In this document: positions 8,676 to 18,231 of the stretch, piece after piece
Layout: the number at the start of each line of letters is the position of its first letter
Position numbering within the stretch: the stretch's first letter is position 1
NCBI GenBank assembly: GCA_040389905.1
Contig: JAZJZK010000020.1
Location: 98,977-162,976, forward strand
DNA from: Gemmatimonadota bacterium
Lineage (GTDB): Bacteria; Gemmatimonadota; Gemmatimonadetes; Gemmatimonadales; Gemmatimonadaceae
Length of the DNA: 64,000 nucleotides
Direction of reading: 5' to 3'
Position numbers and translations under genes: made by a program
Notes under the pieces: model-generated
What the model was told of the DNA's origin: nothing
What the model saw: only the letters and a program-made list of their open reading frames with translations
Database searches by the model: none

Positions 8676-10292
8676 TCACGGCACCACCTCGTAGACGCCG
8701 GTCCCCTGGAGTGACTGCACACGCCGCAGCCCTGGGTGGGACGGCGCGAGTGCGTCGGCCGACTGCTGCAGGCCCGGCGCGGTGAGAATGACATAGCGCG
8801 CGGGAACGGCGTCGAGCATTGCCGTGAGCCGCGCCCTGCCCTCGTCCAGCGTCAACGGCGCCACGTATTCCCGTGCCGTAAACGAAACAGGCGGCGCGGC
8901 CACCTGACCGAGATAGAGTGCCAGCACCTGCTCGCCGTCGCTGAGAATGGGTTGCTCCGGTGTGACGTTCCGATGTACCCACGCGAGCACGGGCGTAACC
9001 GTTCGTGCGCCGTCACGCGCCGGCGACCGCCAGTCGCGCGTTGCGTACACATGCAGCTCGACGCGCAGAATGATCACCGCCGGAAGCACCGCCGCCACTG
9101 CGACGCCGACGCGCCAGCGTCCCGCGCTGCTCCACGCCCAGCGCACGCCGCTGAAGACCAACAGGCCAAGGAGGGGCCAGACCGCCCAGAGGAATCGCCA
9201 CGGGTTGTAGGGCCACACCAGCACGATCGCGAAGTAAAAGCAAGCGAAGAGGAGCGTGACTGGCGCTCTTCGCCGAAGCGACCAACACCCCACGATCAAC
9301 GCGACGACGACCATCGTCGTGGCCAGGACTTGGAGGAGTGGAGGGAACCCGGCCGCGAGCCGGTCGCCGACGAAGAGCCAGCACTCCGTTGCGTTCATCT
9401 TCACGGTCGCCAGTACGAACGACGCGCCTCCATCGCGCACGCCGGTCACGAACCACCCGACGTAGGAGCCGTACGATCCTTCGAGCGGCCGAGTGACGTG
9501 TGGAGAGGCGAACGCCGTCCACAGAATCCACGGCAGTTGGACACCAATCGCGCTGGCCCCAACGATGGCTCCCTCGCGCCATCGCCGATGGATTGCCATC
9601 ATCACCACCATCGCCCCCAGCAACGCGAGTGCGTGCGTGCGCACGAGCATGAGTGCGCCGATGGCGACGCCCGTCCAAATCAGCCTGCGATTGGATGAGG
9701 GAAGAAACGGTGCCGCGTCGTTCCGTTGGTTTTGTCGCCCTGAGTGTAACGAAGGGCCCGCACCTGCTGTGGCTTCGGCAACGCCCTCGCACAGCAGTAA
9801 ACACGGCCACAGCATCGCGAGAAACATCGTCTCCGATAAGAGCGCGTTCGCGAGGACCAGTGTCGGCATTGTCAACGACGCGGCGAGTGCACCCGCGATG
9901 GCGACCCACCGATTCCATTCGCCGCGACGCGTCGCGAAATGCCACCATCCCAAGGCCGCGCCACCGACCATCGCGGCGTTCAGTCCGAGCAGCGAGGGCA
10001 CATTGTCGGGAAAGGACGGCGCGAGCGCCCAGAACAGCGAGAGGAGCAAGGGATACAACGGCGGGTAGTGCGTCGCGGCCGGCGCGCCAGGGAGGAACGA
10101 ATAGTGGAAACCATTCCCGCTCGCGATCGATTGCGCGAGGAGAGCGTAGACGCCGTCATCATGGAACACGCCGACGAGGTACGTGCCCAGCGACCAGAAG
10201 GCGATCGACGTGGCAACGACGAGCACGATCGCCGGCGCGACGAATCGCCAGCGGTCCCCGTGGTGTGGTGCCGCGGAATGGCGGGCCGTCAT
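8676..10292 (-). CDS. GT-C fold (PMT/ArnT-like) membrane glycosyltransferase A
   Basis: GVFHDDGVYALLAQSIASGNGF, HYPPLYP, LSETMF; clear paralog of 7129-8673. Confidence 0.72.
   Translation of the reverse strand: MTARHSAAPHHGDRWRFVAPAIVLVVATSIAFWSLGTYLVGVFHDDGVYALLAQSIASGNGFHYSFLPGAPAATHYPPLYPLLLSLFWALAPSFPDNVPSLLGLNAAMVGGAALGWWHFATRRGEWNRWVAIAGALAASLTMPTLVLANALLSETMFLAMLWPCLLLCEGVAEATAGAGPSLHSGRQNQRNDAAPFLPSSNRRLIWTGVAIGALMLVRTHALALLGAMVVMMAIHRRWREGAIVGASAIGVQLPWILWTAFASPHVTRPLEGSYGSYVGWFVTGVRDGGASFVLATVKMNATECWLFVGDRLAAGFPPLLQVLATTMVVVALIVGCWSLRRRAPVTLLFACFYFAIVLVWPYNPWRFLWAVWPLLGLLVFSGVRWAWSSAGRWRVGVAVAAVLPAVIILRVELHVYATRDWRSPARDGARTVTPVLAWVHRNVTPEQPILSDGEQVLALYLGQVAAPPVSFTAREYVAPLTLDEGRARLTAMLDAVPARYVILTAPGLQQSADALAPSHPGLRRVQSLQGTGVYEVVP
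9729..9763. repeat. REP-like unit inside a coding sequence
   Basis: GTTTTGTCGCCCTGAGTGTAACGAAGGGCCCGCAC matches the intergenic units at 26504, 35305 and 60632. Confidence 0.85.
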
Positions 10293-11662
10293 GCCTCCAC
10301 GCCGTAGCGCGACAGCTTTCGATAGAGTGTCGATGGATCGATGCCGAGGGCATCAGCGGCGCGACTCTTGTTGCCGCCTTCACTCTGGAGTACCCACATG
10401 ATGTACGCGCGCTCGACCGCTTCGAGCGTCGGATTGGAGTGAATGCGGTCCGCGACGAGCGGCTCGCTCACGCGGGCCGTCACACGCTCGGGAAGCGCCG
10501 CGGGTTGAATCTCCGCGCCCGGCGTGAGGATGACGGCACGCTCCAGTGCGTTCTCGAGTTCACGGACATTTCCGGGCCACGTATACGCAACGAGGGCTTC
10601 GAGCGTGTCCGGCGATAACGCCTTTTGCGCCTCCTTGCGGAGATCGGCAATGCGCTCGAGAAAATGTTCGGCCAGAAGCGGAATGTCGTCGGCGCGCTGG
10701 CGGAGCGTCGGAAGGTGGAGCGCAATGACGTTGAGCCGGTAATAGAGATCGGTGCGAAACGATCCGCGGCGAATCTCCTCCTCGAGTTCCCGGTTCGTCG
10801 CGGCAATGAGGCGAACGTCGATCGGCTGCGGATCCGTTCCGCCGACGGGGATGACCTCACGCTGCTGGAGTACGCGGAGCAACTTGACCTGCGTCGCGGG
10901 AGTCGTCTCGCCGATCTCATCGAGAAAGAAGGTGCCCTTCGCAGCCGCGGTGAATAGCCCGCTCTTGTCCTTGATCGCACCAGTGAACGAGCCCTTCACG
11001 TGTCCGAACAACTCGCTCTCGAGCAAGCTTTCCGGCAGTGCGCCGCAGTTGATCGACGCGAAGGTGCGATCCGAACGCGACGAGAGCTCGTGGATGTAGC
11101 GCGCGATGACTTCCTTTCCGGTGCCGGACTCACCCTGAATCAGAACCGTGGATTCCGTGGGAGCGACGGTTTCGGCGAGTCGCAGGACGTCGAGCCAGCT
11201 GCGGCTATTCCCCACGGGTCGCGACCCCGTCGGCCCCTCTCGGCGCTTGATTTCCTGCCGCAGCGAACGGTTTTCGACGCGCAGTTCGCGGTGCTCGGCG
11301 GCGCGCTTGAGGATCGCGAGCAGCTCGTCGTTCCGAAAGGGCTTCTGGATGTAGTAGAAGGCACCCTCGTTGACCGCCTGCATGGCGGATTGGAGGGTCG
11401 CCTGCGCGGTCATCAGGATGACCGGCGTATCGGCATTCTGCTGCCGCGCCGCCGCGAGTATCTCCACACCCGTGACATCGGGCATCCGGATGTCGGAGAG
11501 CACGATGTCCGGTTGGAGCGCGCTCAACTGCTCAAGGCCGGCACGCCCTCCACGCGCCGTGTATGTATCGAAGCCGGCGTTTCTGAGGAGAATGCCAAGG
11601 GTCTCGAGAATGCCCGGCTCATCGTCGATGACAAGGACCGACGGAATGCGATTCGCGTTCAC
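10289..11662 (-). CDS. pilR: Sigma54-dependent response regulator (REC-AAA+-Fis HTH), PilR-like
   Basis: IDDE and SDIRMP receiver, GESGTGKE Walker A, ESELFGHVKGSFTGA, WPGNVRELEN, C-terminal HTH; beside pilin genes. Confidence 0.85.
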   Translation of the reverse strand: MNANRIPSVLVIDDEPGILETLGILLRNAGFDTYTARGGRAGLEQLSALQPDIVLSDIRMPDVTGVEILAAARQQNADTPVILMTAQATLQSAMQAVNEGAFYYIQKPFRNDELLAILKRAAEHRELRVENRSLRQEIKRREGPTGSRPVGNSRSWLDVLRLAETVAPTESTVLIQGESGTGKEVIARYIHELSSRSDRTFASINCGALPESLLESELFGHVKGSFTGAIKDKSGLFTAAAKGTFFLDEIGETTPATQVKLLRVLQQREVIPVGGTDPQPIDVRLIAATNRELEEEIRRGSFRTDLYYRLNVIALHLPTLRQRADDIPLLAEHFLERIADLRKEAQKALSPDTLEALVAYTWPGNVRELENALERAVILTPGAEIQPAALPERVTARVSEPLVADRIHSNPTLEAVERAYIMWVLQSEGGNKSRAADALGIDPSTLYRKLSRYGVEA

Positions 11663-13458
11663 GTGTAGGCGGGTCGGGGGGTGTTCGGAACATGCGAGGG
11701 TGTCGCGCTCTCGAGCGTCGTGCGCGGGGCGCAGGGCAAAACGACGGTGAAGCGAGTGCCGGCGGGGCTCGAGTCCACGAAAATGAGGCCGCGATGTGCG
11801 TCGATCGCCCGGTGCACGACCGCCAATCCAAGGCCCGAGCCGCCGGGTTTCGTCGTGAAGAACGGATCGAAGAGCCGATCGCGACTTTCCGGCGCGATCC
11901 CGGACCCCGCGTCGGCCACGCTGATGGCGACAGCACCCGTCGCGAACGCGCCGCCCGACCCGATATGCTCGGGCGACGGCGTGGACACGTCGAGCCTGAT
12001 CTCGCCATTGGGTGGCGACGCCTGAATCGCATTGAGCAGGAGGTTGAACACCGCGCGATGCATCAGGTCTTCATCCCCCTCGATCACGAACTCCCCTGGC
12101 TCGACGCGTGAGCGGATGGCGATGCCGGCACTGTCAGGGTGCGCGAGCGCGAGCCTCGTCGTTTCAGACACGAGGGATCCGACGTCGAGGGGTTCGAGCC
12201 GCGCGACCCGCACGCGGGCGAAATCGAGAAACTCCGACAGCAGGCGACTGAGCCGGTCGGATTCACGCATGACGAGATGCGCCAGTGTGCGCTCGTCGGC
12301 CCCGGAATATGGGGAGCGCGAGAGCTGCTCAACGGCACTGCGAATCGACGCCAGTGGATTCTTGATCTCGTGGGCAAGCGACGCCGACAACTCCGCGACT
12401 CCCTCCAGCCGCTCCGCGCGAAGGCGCAGCGTGTCCATACGCTTCTGGTCGGAGATATCCTGGAAGATCGCCGTCGCCGTGCGGTCCGTCCGCCGGCCGT
12501 CGCCGTCCGTGTACGTGGTCGTGACGCCGATGGGGAACCGCTTGTCGACCGTCATGATCATGCCTTCCGCGCGCGTCGTGCGAATGCGGTCGTTGACCGA
12601 GCGTGCGAGTGCGTCGGCCAACTCCGGCGCGATGCGGCGAATCGCCTCGATCACGGGCAATCCGATGAATTCGTCGAGCGCCAGTCCGAGCAACTGCTCC
12701 GCCATCGGGTTCGCATAGAGGAGCAGTCCGGTCGCATCGATGGTCACGACGCCGCTCCTGATGTTGAACAGGATGTCCGCGGCTTGGAGCCGGACCTGCG
12801 CCAGCTCCGCTTCCGTGCCAGTGCGCCCCTCCTGGAGCTTTCCGCTCAGGTAGGCACTGCCGAGCGCGACGAACGCGAAGACGCCGAGGTGGAGATAGAC
12901 GACGGGCGTGAATCCGGAATCGATGCTCCACAGCGAATCCGCTACATATAGGACGCATCCAAGCGCGGCCACCAGGATCCCACCGCCACCGGCCGGGAGC
13001 AGCAGCGACGACGCCGCGATGACAAGGATGTAGAGCGCGGCGAACTGGGAGCTGCCGCCTGCGGCACGTTCGCGCGTGAGTTCCACGACGACCGTGACCA
13101 GGAGCAGGTCGAAGATGGACTGGAGATAGTAGAAGGTCGGGCGGACCGGTTTGGAGAAGAACCGGACGTAGAAGAACGACGCGACCCACGAGCCGACGGT
13201 GACCAGCAGCGTGATCGACGCGACGAGGAGTTTGCTCGTATCATGGAGTTCTGGCGCCTCTCCCTGCCACACGACGACCGCAGCGATGAATATTGCGGTG
13301 GCGATCGAAATACGAGCGACGTAGACCCAGCGCATGAGTCGCGACGGGTCCAACAGGATGATGCGACTGGATCGGTCGGCTCGCTCGAATGGTCTCACAG
13401 CGTCTGTTGCAAAGTGCGTGATGTTGGACGGTGGCGCGACACTGGCATTCTGCCACAC
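11659..13458 (-). CDS. pilS: Membrane sensor histidine kinase with PAS domain, PilS-like (start uncertain, may be up to about 120 nt downstream)
   Basis: About six TM helices, PAS, AHEIKNPL H-box, NLLLNA, DAGSGI, FDPFFTTK, GSGLGL; GTGA overlap with pilR. Confidence 0.82.
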   Translation of the reverse strand: MWQNASVAPPSNITHFATDAVRPFERADRSSRIILLDPSRLMRWVYVARISIATAIFIAAVVVWQGEAPELHDTSKLLVASITLLVTVGSWVASFFYVRFFSKPVRPTFYYLQSIFDLLLVTVVVELTRERAAGGSSQFAALYILVIAASSLLLPAGGGGILVAALGCVLYVADSLWSIDSGFTPVVYLHLGVFAFVALGSAYLSGKLQEGRTGTEAELAQVRLQAADILFNIRSGVVTIDATGLLLYANPMAEQLLGLALDEFIGLPVIEAIRRIAPELADALARSVNDRIRTTRAEGMIMTVDKRFPIGVTTTYTDGDGRRTDRTATAIFQDISDQKRMDTLRLRAERLEGVAELSASLAHEIKNPLASIRSAVEQLSRSPYSGADERTLAHLVMRESDRLSRLLSEFLDFARVRVARLEPLDVGSLVSETTRLALAHPDSAGIAIRSRVEPGEFVIEGDEDLMHRAVFNLLLNAIQASPPNGEIRLDVSTPSPEHIGSGGAFATGAVAISVADAGSGIAPESRDRLFDPFFTTKPGGSGLGLAVVHRAIDAHRGLIFVDSSPAGTRFTVVLPCAPRTTLESATPSHVPNTPRPAYT

Positions 13459-13497
13459 TACATTGCCATGGACGATTCGGCACGGAGGTGGTTACGG

Positions 13498-13932
13498 ATG
13501 GCGACTGAAGACGGACTGCTGGTGTCTCTGACCACAGTCATTCCGCGTGCCGAGCTCATGTATAGGGCGAGCCGAGCCGGCGGCGCGGGAGGGCAGCATG
13601 TGAATACGTCGTCGACGCGGATCGAGCTGCTCTGGAATGTGCGAACCTCGCCGTCGATTTCTGAGGACCAACGCGCTCTGCTCGAGACGAAACTCGCGAC
13701 GCGGATTGATGGCGAGGGATGGATCCGGGTTGTTTCCAGCGCGCGTCGCAGCCAGAGTCAGAATCGGGAGGCGGCAGACGAGCGATTGGAGGAGTTGGTG
13801 CGCAAGGCACTTGTCGTCCAGAAGAAACGAAAAGCCACCAAACCGTCGCGAGGGGCGAAGGAGGCTCGGCTCAGCTCGAAGAAAAAGCGCGGCGATACTA
13901 AGCGGCAGCGGCGCGGCGACGCTTTCGACTAA
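13498..13932 (+). CDS. arfB: Alternative ribosome rescue peptidyl-tRNA hydrolase ArfB
   Basis: SRAGGAGGQHVNT GGQ motif, RSQSQNR, basic tail KRKATKPSRGAKEARL. Confidence 0.93.
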   Translation: MATEDGLLVSLTTVIPRAELMYRASRAGGAGGQHVNTSSTRIELLWNVRTSPSISEDQRALLETKLATRIDGEGWIRVVSSARRSQSQNREAADERLEELVRKALVVQKKRKATKPSRGAKEARLSSKKKRGDTKRQRRGDAFD

Positions 13933-13942
13933 GGGATTGGCT

Positions 13943-14134
13943 CGCGTTGGACGGGAATGGTCCGGCTCACAAGCCAAAACGACCCGGTTTCAATGAAGCA
14001 GATTTGACGGATTGAACGGATTCTGCGGATAACTACGTGAACGGAAGATCCGTCGAATCCGCTTAATCCGCATAATCTTTTTCGAAAACTGGGTCAGTGA
14101 TGCTTTTGAGGGTGCGTGTGCAATGTCCAACGCG
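13943..14134. repeat. About 190-bp imperfect palindrome with internal CGGATT/AATCCG repeats
   Basis: CGCGTTGGAC/GTCCAACGCG ends, GACCCGGTTT/AAACTGGGTC inner arms, tandem CGGAT units at 14001-14077; between convergent genes. Confidence 0.7.
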
Positions 14135-14164
14135 CCGAGACGTTTGGCGTAGCGGCAGATCCGA

Positions 14165-14848
14165 TTAGTCGATCGCCATTCTGGCTTTCATCGCCGGGAG
14201 CGCTTCGCGGGCATGTTTGGCCATCGCAGAGCCCGGATACCGCTCGATAATCCGCCGAAGCTCGACCACGGCGCGCCCGGGGTCCGCCAGGGGTCCTTCA
14301 TATAGATCCACGAGCCGGCTCGACGCGTACACCGCGTCGCGCGACGGAACGCCCGGGATGTCGCGAATCTCCCGAAAGAGCTCGGCGGCCCGCGTGGGAT
14401 TCCTGTTCCCTTTCACATAATGCTCCGCGGCCCGCATCCGTGGAGACACGAGCTGGGGGTTCTCTGCGATGATCGCCTCGTATGACTCCAGCGCCTCGGC
14501 GATTTCGCCCTTCATGATCATCGCCTCCTGGTACGAGAACTGTTGCTCGTACGGAGTTGAGTTGCCGGATGGAAGGGTAAATCCCTTGGCCACGGCGCCG
14601 GCGGCAGTCGGGATCGACAATACGGCGAAGGCGCCGATACTCCCGAGGAGTGCGCCAAGCCCGACCGAGGTGAACGAGAATCCCATCTTCCCGATGACGG
14701 CGAGCAAGGCGAAGCAGAACACGAAGACGGCGCCGACGCGCGCACGCAGCACGTTGACGCCATCCGGTCCGGCGCGATCGAGCCACGACCGCTTGTATTC
14801 GGGAGATCCCTCCATTCCTGGAGGCAGCACAGGGGGTGCGCTAGGCAT
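14165..14848 (-). CDS. Hypothetical protein, two TM helices plus TPR-like domain (227 aa)
   Basis: GGAGA RBS before ATG 14848; TPR-like EALESYEAII and RRIIERYPGS segments. Confidence 0.7.
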   Translation of the reverse strand: MPSAPPVLPPGMEGSPEYKRSWLDRAGPDGVNVLRARVGAVFVFCFALLAVIGKMGFSFTSVGLGALLGSIGAFAVLSIPTAAGAVAKGFTLPSGNSTPYEQQFSYQEAMIMKGEIAEALESYEAIIAENPQLVSPRMRAAEHYVKGNRNPTRAAELFREIRDIPGVPSRDAVYASSRLVDLYEGPLADPGRAVVELRRIIERYPGSAMAKHAREALPAMKARMAID

Positions 14849-15014
14849 TGTGTCTCCATATTGCGCCGGACACGTTCGTCCGGCAACCGCCAAACGGCTT
14901 GTGTCTCGATGTGCATACCGTGAGGTTAAGCATAGCGGGCTCAGGAAAGTGGTTGATCCGCTTGGCGGGGGGCCTTCGTCACCGTGGCTTTGTGACGATG
15001 GGTTCGTTGGAGAG

Positions 15015-15030
15015 GGGCACCATCTTTGCC
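15015..15030 (+). promoter_or_regulatory. Possible sigma54 promoter for the Omp85-family gene
   Basis: GGGCACCATCTTTGCC = GGCAC-N5-TTGC with GG-N10-GC spacing about 80 bp upstream of 15107. Confidence 0.4.
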
Positions 15031-15106
15031 CCTGTTGCACATGACGCCGTCAAATTCGCGGCGCATGGACTCGACCTCAGTTGCGGTTTGACCGCGGGAC
15101 TGAACG

Positions 15107-18100
15107 ATGACCCGTTTCGCTCCCCGCTCTGCAATGCTCGCGGCGTTGCTCGGCGCGCTCCTTCTCGGACTCCCTGGTAGCGGGGGAGCACAGTATTTCG
15201 GACGCAACAAGGTCCAATACGAGCGCTTCAATTTCAGTATCATGCGCACGCAGCACTTCGACCTGTATTTCTATCCGGCGGAGTCGCTCGTCACGAAGGA
15301 TGCAGGTCGCATGGCGGAGCGCTGGTATACGCGCCACTCCGACAGCTTCCGTCACACCTTCGACCGAAAGTCGGTCGTGTTCTATGCGGACCAGCCTGAC
15401 TTTCAGCAGACGAATGTCGTCGGCGAGGAGCTCACGGAGGGAACCGGCGGTGTGACGGAGGGCCTTCGCACGCGCGTCGTGATGCCATTCACCGGCATCT
15501 ACGCCGACAATGATCACGTGCTCGGCCATGAGCTCGTGCACGTGTTCCAGTACAGCGTCGCTGAAGCCGGGCCCGGCGGCCTCCAACGGCTCAACGCGCT
15601 TCCACTCTGGCTCATCGAAGGCATGGCGGAGTATTTCTCGCTCGGCCGCGACAACGCCTTGACCGCCATGTGGCTGCGCGACGCCGCCGAGCGGGAAAAG
15701 CTGCCGACCATTCATCAGCTGAATACCGATCCTCGATTCTTCCCGTACCGTTACGGCCAGGCACTCTGGGCCTATGTTGGCGGCCGGTGGGGAGATCGCG
15801 CGGTCGTGGACGTGTACCGCACCGCGCTGCGCGTCGGCTTCGAGGATGGCATTCGGCGCGTGCTCGGCGTGAATACCGATTCGCTGTCGAAGGATTGGAT
15901 TGCGGCAACGCGCCGTGCCTACCTGCCGGTGCTCGAAGGTCGGACGCGCCCCAATCAGGCTGGCGATCCGATCCTCCAGATCGACCGGAAGAGCGGCGAG
16001 ATGAATCTCGCGCCGACCGTGAGCCCCGACGGCAAGCTGGTTGCCTTCTTCGCGCGTCGCGGCCTGTTCGAGATCGAACTCTTCGTCGCCGATGCGACGA
16101 CGGGCCGCACGATCAAGAAGCTTGCGGGACCCACGAGCAACTCGCACTTCGACGCGATCACGTTCATCTCGTCATCGGGCGCGTGGTCGCCGGACAACAA
16201 GAAGTTCGTGTTCATCGCGCAGTCCGCGGGCAATCACGAGTTGGCGGTGCTGGATGTCGAATCGGGCAACATCGATCGCCGCATTCAGGTGCCGAACATC
16301 GGCGCCATCTCGAATGTGGCCTGGTCGCCCGACGGCAATACGATCGCATTCTCCGGACAGCAAGGCGGACTGTCGGATCTCTACCTGATCGACGTGAACG
16401 GCGGCACGGTGCGGCAGCTCACGAATGACCGATACGCCGACATCCAGCCAACCTGGTCGCCGGATAGCAAGCGCATCGCGTTCTCGACGGACCGCGGGCC
16501 GACGACGAACTTCGAGACGATGGTGTTCTCGGACCTGCAGCTCGCCTCGGTCGAAATTGCGACTGGACGGGTCACGGTGTACCCGGGCTTCGCGCACGGC
16601 AAGCACCTGAATCCGCAGTATTCACCTGATGGCAAGGACCTGTTTTTCATCAGCGATCAGGACGGATTCTGCGACATCTACCGCCTCGAGATCGCCACGA
16701 ATGCAATGTCGCGCGTGACGCGGTTGTCGACCGGCGTGAGCGGCATTACGGCGACCTCTCCGGCACTCACCGTCGCCCCGTCATCTGGACGGATGCTCTT
16801 TTCCGTCTTCGAAGATCAGGGTTATGCGGTGTACGCGCTCGATGCGTCACGCACGCGCGGCGAGCCGATGACACCGGGCGTGGCGGTCGCGTCGGCGGGC
16901 ATTCTGCCGCCCGGCGATACCCCTGGCCGCGCGACGGTGACGAATTACCTGAAGGATCCCGTCTCGGGACTGGCTTCAGGAACCGACTTCACGGTCGGTA
17001 GCTACCACTCGTCATTCTCGCTCGATGCCGTCGGCCAGCCGCAGCTTGGCGTATCCGCCGGTGGCCCCTTCGGTACGGGGGTGCAGGGTGGCGTGTCGTT
17101 CCTGTTCGGCGACCAGTTGAGCGACCGGCAGATCGGCGTGGCAGTCCAGGCCAACGGACAGGTCCAGGACATCGGCGGACAAGTGCAGTACGTCAATCTC
17201 CGGAATCGATGGAACTGGGGGCTTACCGCCTCGCACATTCCGTATCAGTTCGGACAGTACGGCAACTACATCCCGACCAACGGATTGTATCAGCAGGATC
17301 TCTACATCACGCGCCAGTTCTACGATCAGTTGGGGGTCAACACTGCGTACCCGTTCTCGGCCACCAAGCGGATCGAGTTCTCCGCGTCGGCAAACCACAT
17401 TGGGTACAGCACGCAGATCCTGAGCGTCCTGTACGATCAGTTCGGCAATCCGGTACAGCAGCAGGTGCAGAACATCCCTTCGTATCCGTCTGTGACGTTC
17501 GGCGCCGGAAGCATCGCGTATGTCAGCGACAATTCCTACTCGGCGTTCACGAATCCCATTCAAGGTGCGCGTTCGCGTTTCGAGTTCGCACCGACGGTGG
17601 GCACGCTCACGTACAATGCGCTGCTCGCTGACGTGCGAAAGTACTTTTTCGCGCGGCCGTTCACGTTCGCGTTCCGCGGACTGCACTACGGGCGCTATGG
17701 GCGTAGCGCGGAAGACTCCACCCGTATGTATCCGCTCTTTCTCGGCGAGGAGTATTTCATGCGCGGGTATAGCTGGGGGTCGCTCGAGTCGTCGGAGTGC
17801 GGCCAGAATAGCTGCCCCGTGATCGACCGTCTCTTTGGAAGCAAGATCGCCATGGTGAGTGCGGAATTCCGCATCCCGGTGCTCGGCGTGCCGGAATACG
17901 GGTTGATCAACTTCCCGTATCTACCGCTGACGGTGTCGCCGTTCATCGATGCCGGCGAGGCGTGGAAAACCAACGAGCCATTCTCGCTCAGCACCAATCA
18001 GAGCAATACGCGAATTCCAGTGGTCAGCACGGGCGTCTCGGCGCGAGTGAACCTGCTCGGCTATGCTGTCTTCGAGGCGTACATCGCGCATCCGTTCCAG

Positions 18101-18151
18101 CGGCCCGGCAAGGGTTGGATCTGGGGACTTCAGTTGATGCCGGGTTGGTAA
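15107..18151 (+). CDS. Zinc-peptidase-like + PD40/TolB beta-propeller + Omp85/BamA-type beta-barrel outer membrane protein
   Basis: Signal peptide, AQYFGRNKVQY, GHELVH...EGMAEY gluzincin motif, repeated WSPD, MRGY loop-6 motif, C-terminal Trp. Confidence 0.82.
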   Translation: MTRFAPRSAMLAALLGALLLGLPGSGGAQYFGRNKVQYERFNFSIMRTQHFDLYFYPAESLVTKDAGRMAERWYTRHSDSFRHTFDRKSVVFYADQPDFQQTNVVGEELTEGTGGVTEGLRTRVVMPFTGIYADNDHVLGHELVHVFQYSVAEAGPGGLQRLNALPLWLIEGMAEYFSLGRDNALTAMWLRDAAEREKLPTIHQLNTDPRFFPYRYGQALWAYVGGRWGDRAVVDVYRTALRVGFEDGIRRVLGVNTDSLSKDWIAATRRAYLPVLEGRTRPNQAGDPILQIDRKSGEMNLAPTVSPDGKLVAFFARRGLFEIELFVADATTGRTIKKLAGPTSNSHFDAITFISSSGAWSPDNKKFVFIAQSAGNHELAVLDVESGNIDRRIQVPNIGAISNVAWSPDGNTIAFSGQQGGLSDLYLIDVNGGTVRQLTNDRYADIQPTWSPDSKRIAFSTDRGPTTNFETMVFSDLQLASVEIATGRVTVYPGFAHGKHLNPQYSPDGKDLFFISDQDGFCDIYRLEIATNAMSRVTRLSTGVSGITATSPALTVAPSSGRMLFSVFEDQGYAVYALDASRTRGEPMTPGVAVASAGILPPGDTPGRATVTNYLKDPVSGLASGTDFTVGSYHSSFSLDAVGQPQLGVSAGGPFGTGVQGGVSFLFGDQLSDRQIGVAVQANGQVQDIGGQVQYVNLRNRWNWGLTASHIPYQFGQYGNYIPTNGLYQQDLYITRQFYDQLGVNTAYPFSATKRIEFSASANHIGYSTQILSVLYDQFGNPVQQQVQNIPSYPSVTFGAGSIAYVSDNSYSAFTNPIQGARSRFEFAPTVGTLTYNALLADVRKYFFARPFTFAFRGLHYGRYGRSAEDSTRMYPLFLGEEYFMRGYSWGSLESSECGQNSCPVIDRLFGSKIAMVSAEFRIPVLGVPEYGLINFPYLPLTVSPFIDAGEAWKTNEPFSLSTNQSNTRIPVVSTGVSARVNLLGYAVFEAYIAHPFQRPGKGWIWGLQLMPGW

Positions 18152-18175
18152 GACTCGGCTGGGGCTTGTGAGTGC

Positions 18176-18203
18176 AAAGGGCTCGCCGAAAGGCGGGCCC
18201 TTT
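18176..18203 (+). terminator. Intrinsic terminator
   Basis: AAAGGGCTCGCC-GAAA-GGCGGGCCCTTT hairpin just after the 18151 stop. Confidence 0.75.
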
Positions 18204-18231
18204 CGCTTGCACGCTCGTTCAAGAAGAACGG

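Noticed and set aside
6353..8982. ORF-track N-terminal extensions making 549-aa GT2 and 617-aa GT-C proteins
   Set aside because: Extensions overlap upstream genes in another frame and are low-complexity; coupled starts at 7132 and 8673/8679 fit better
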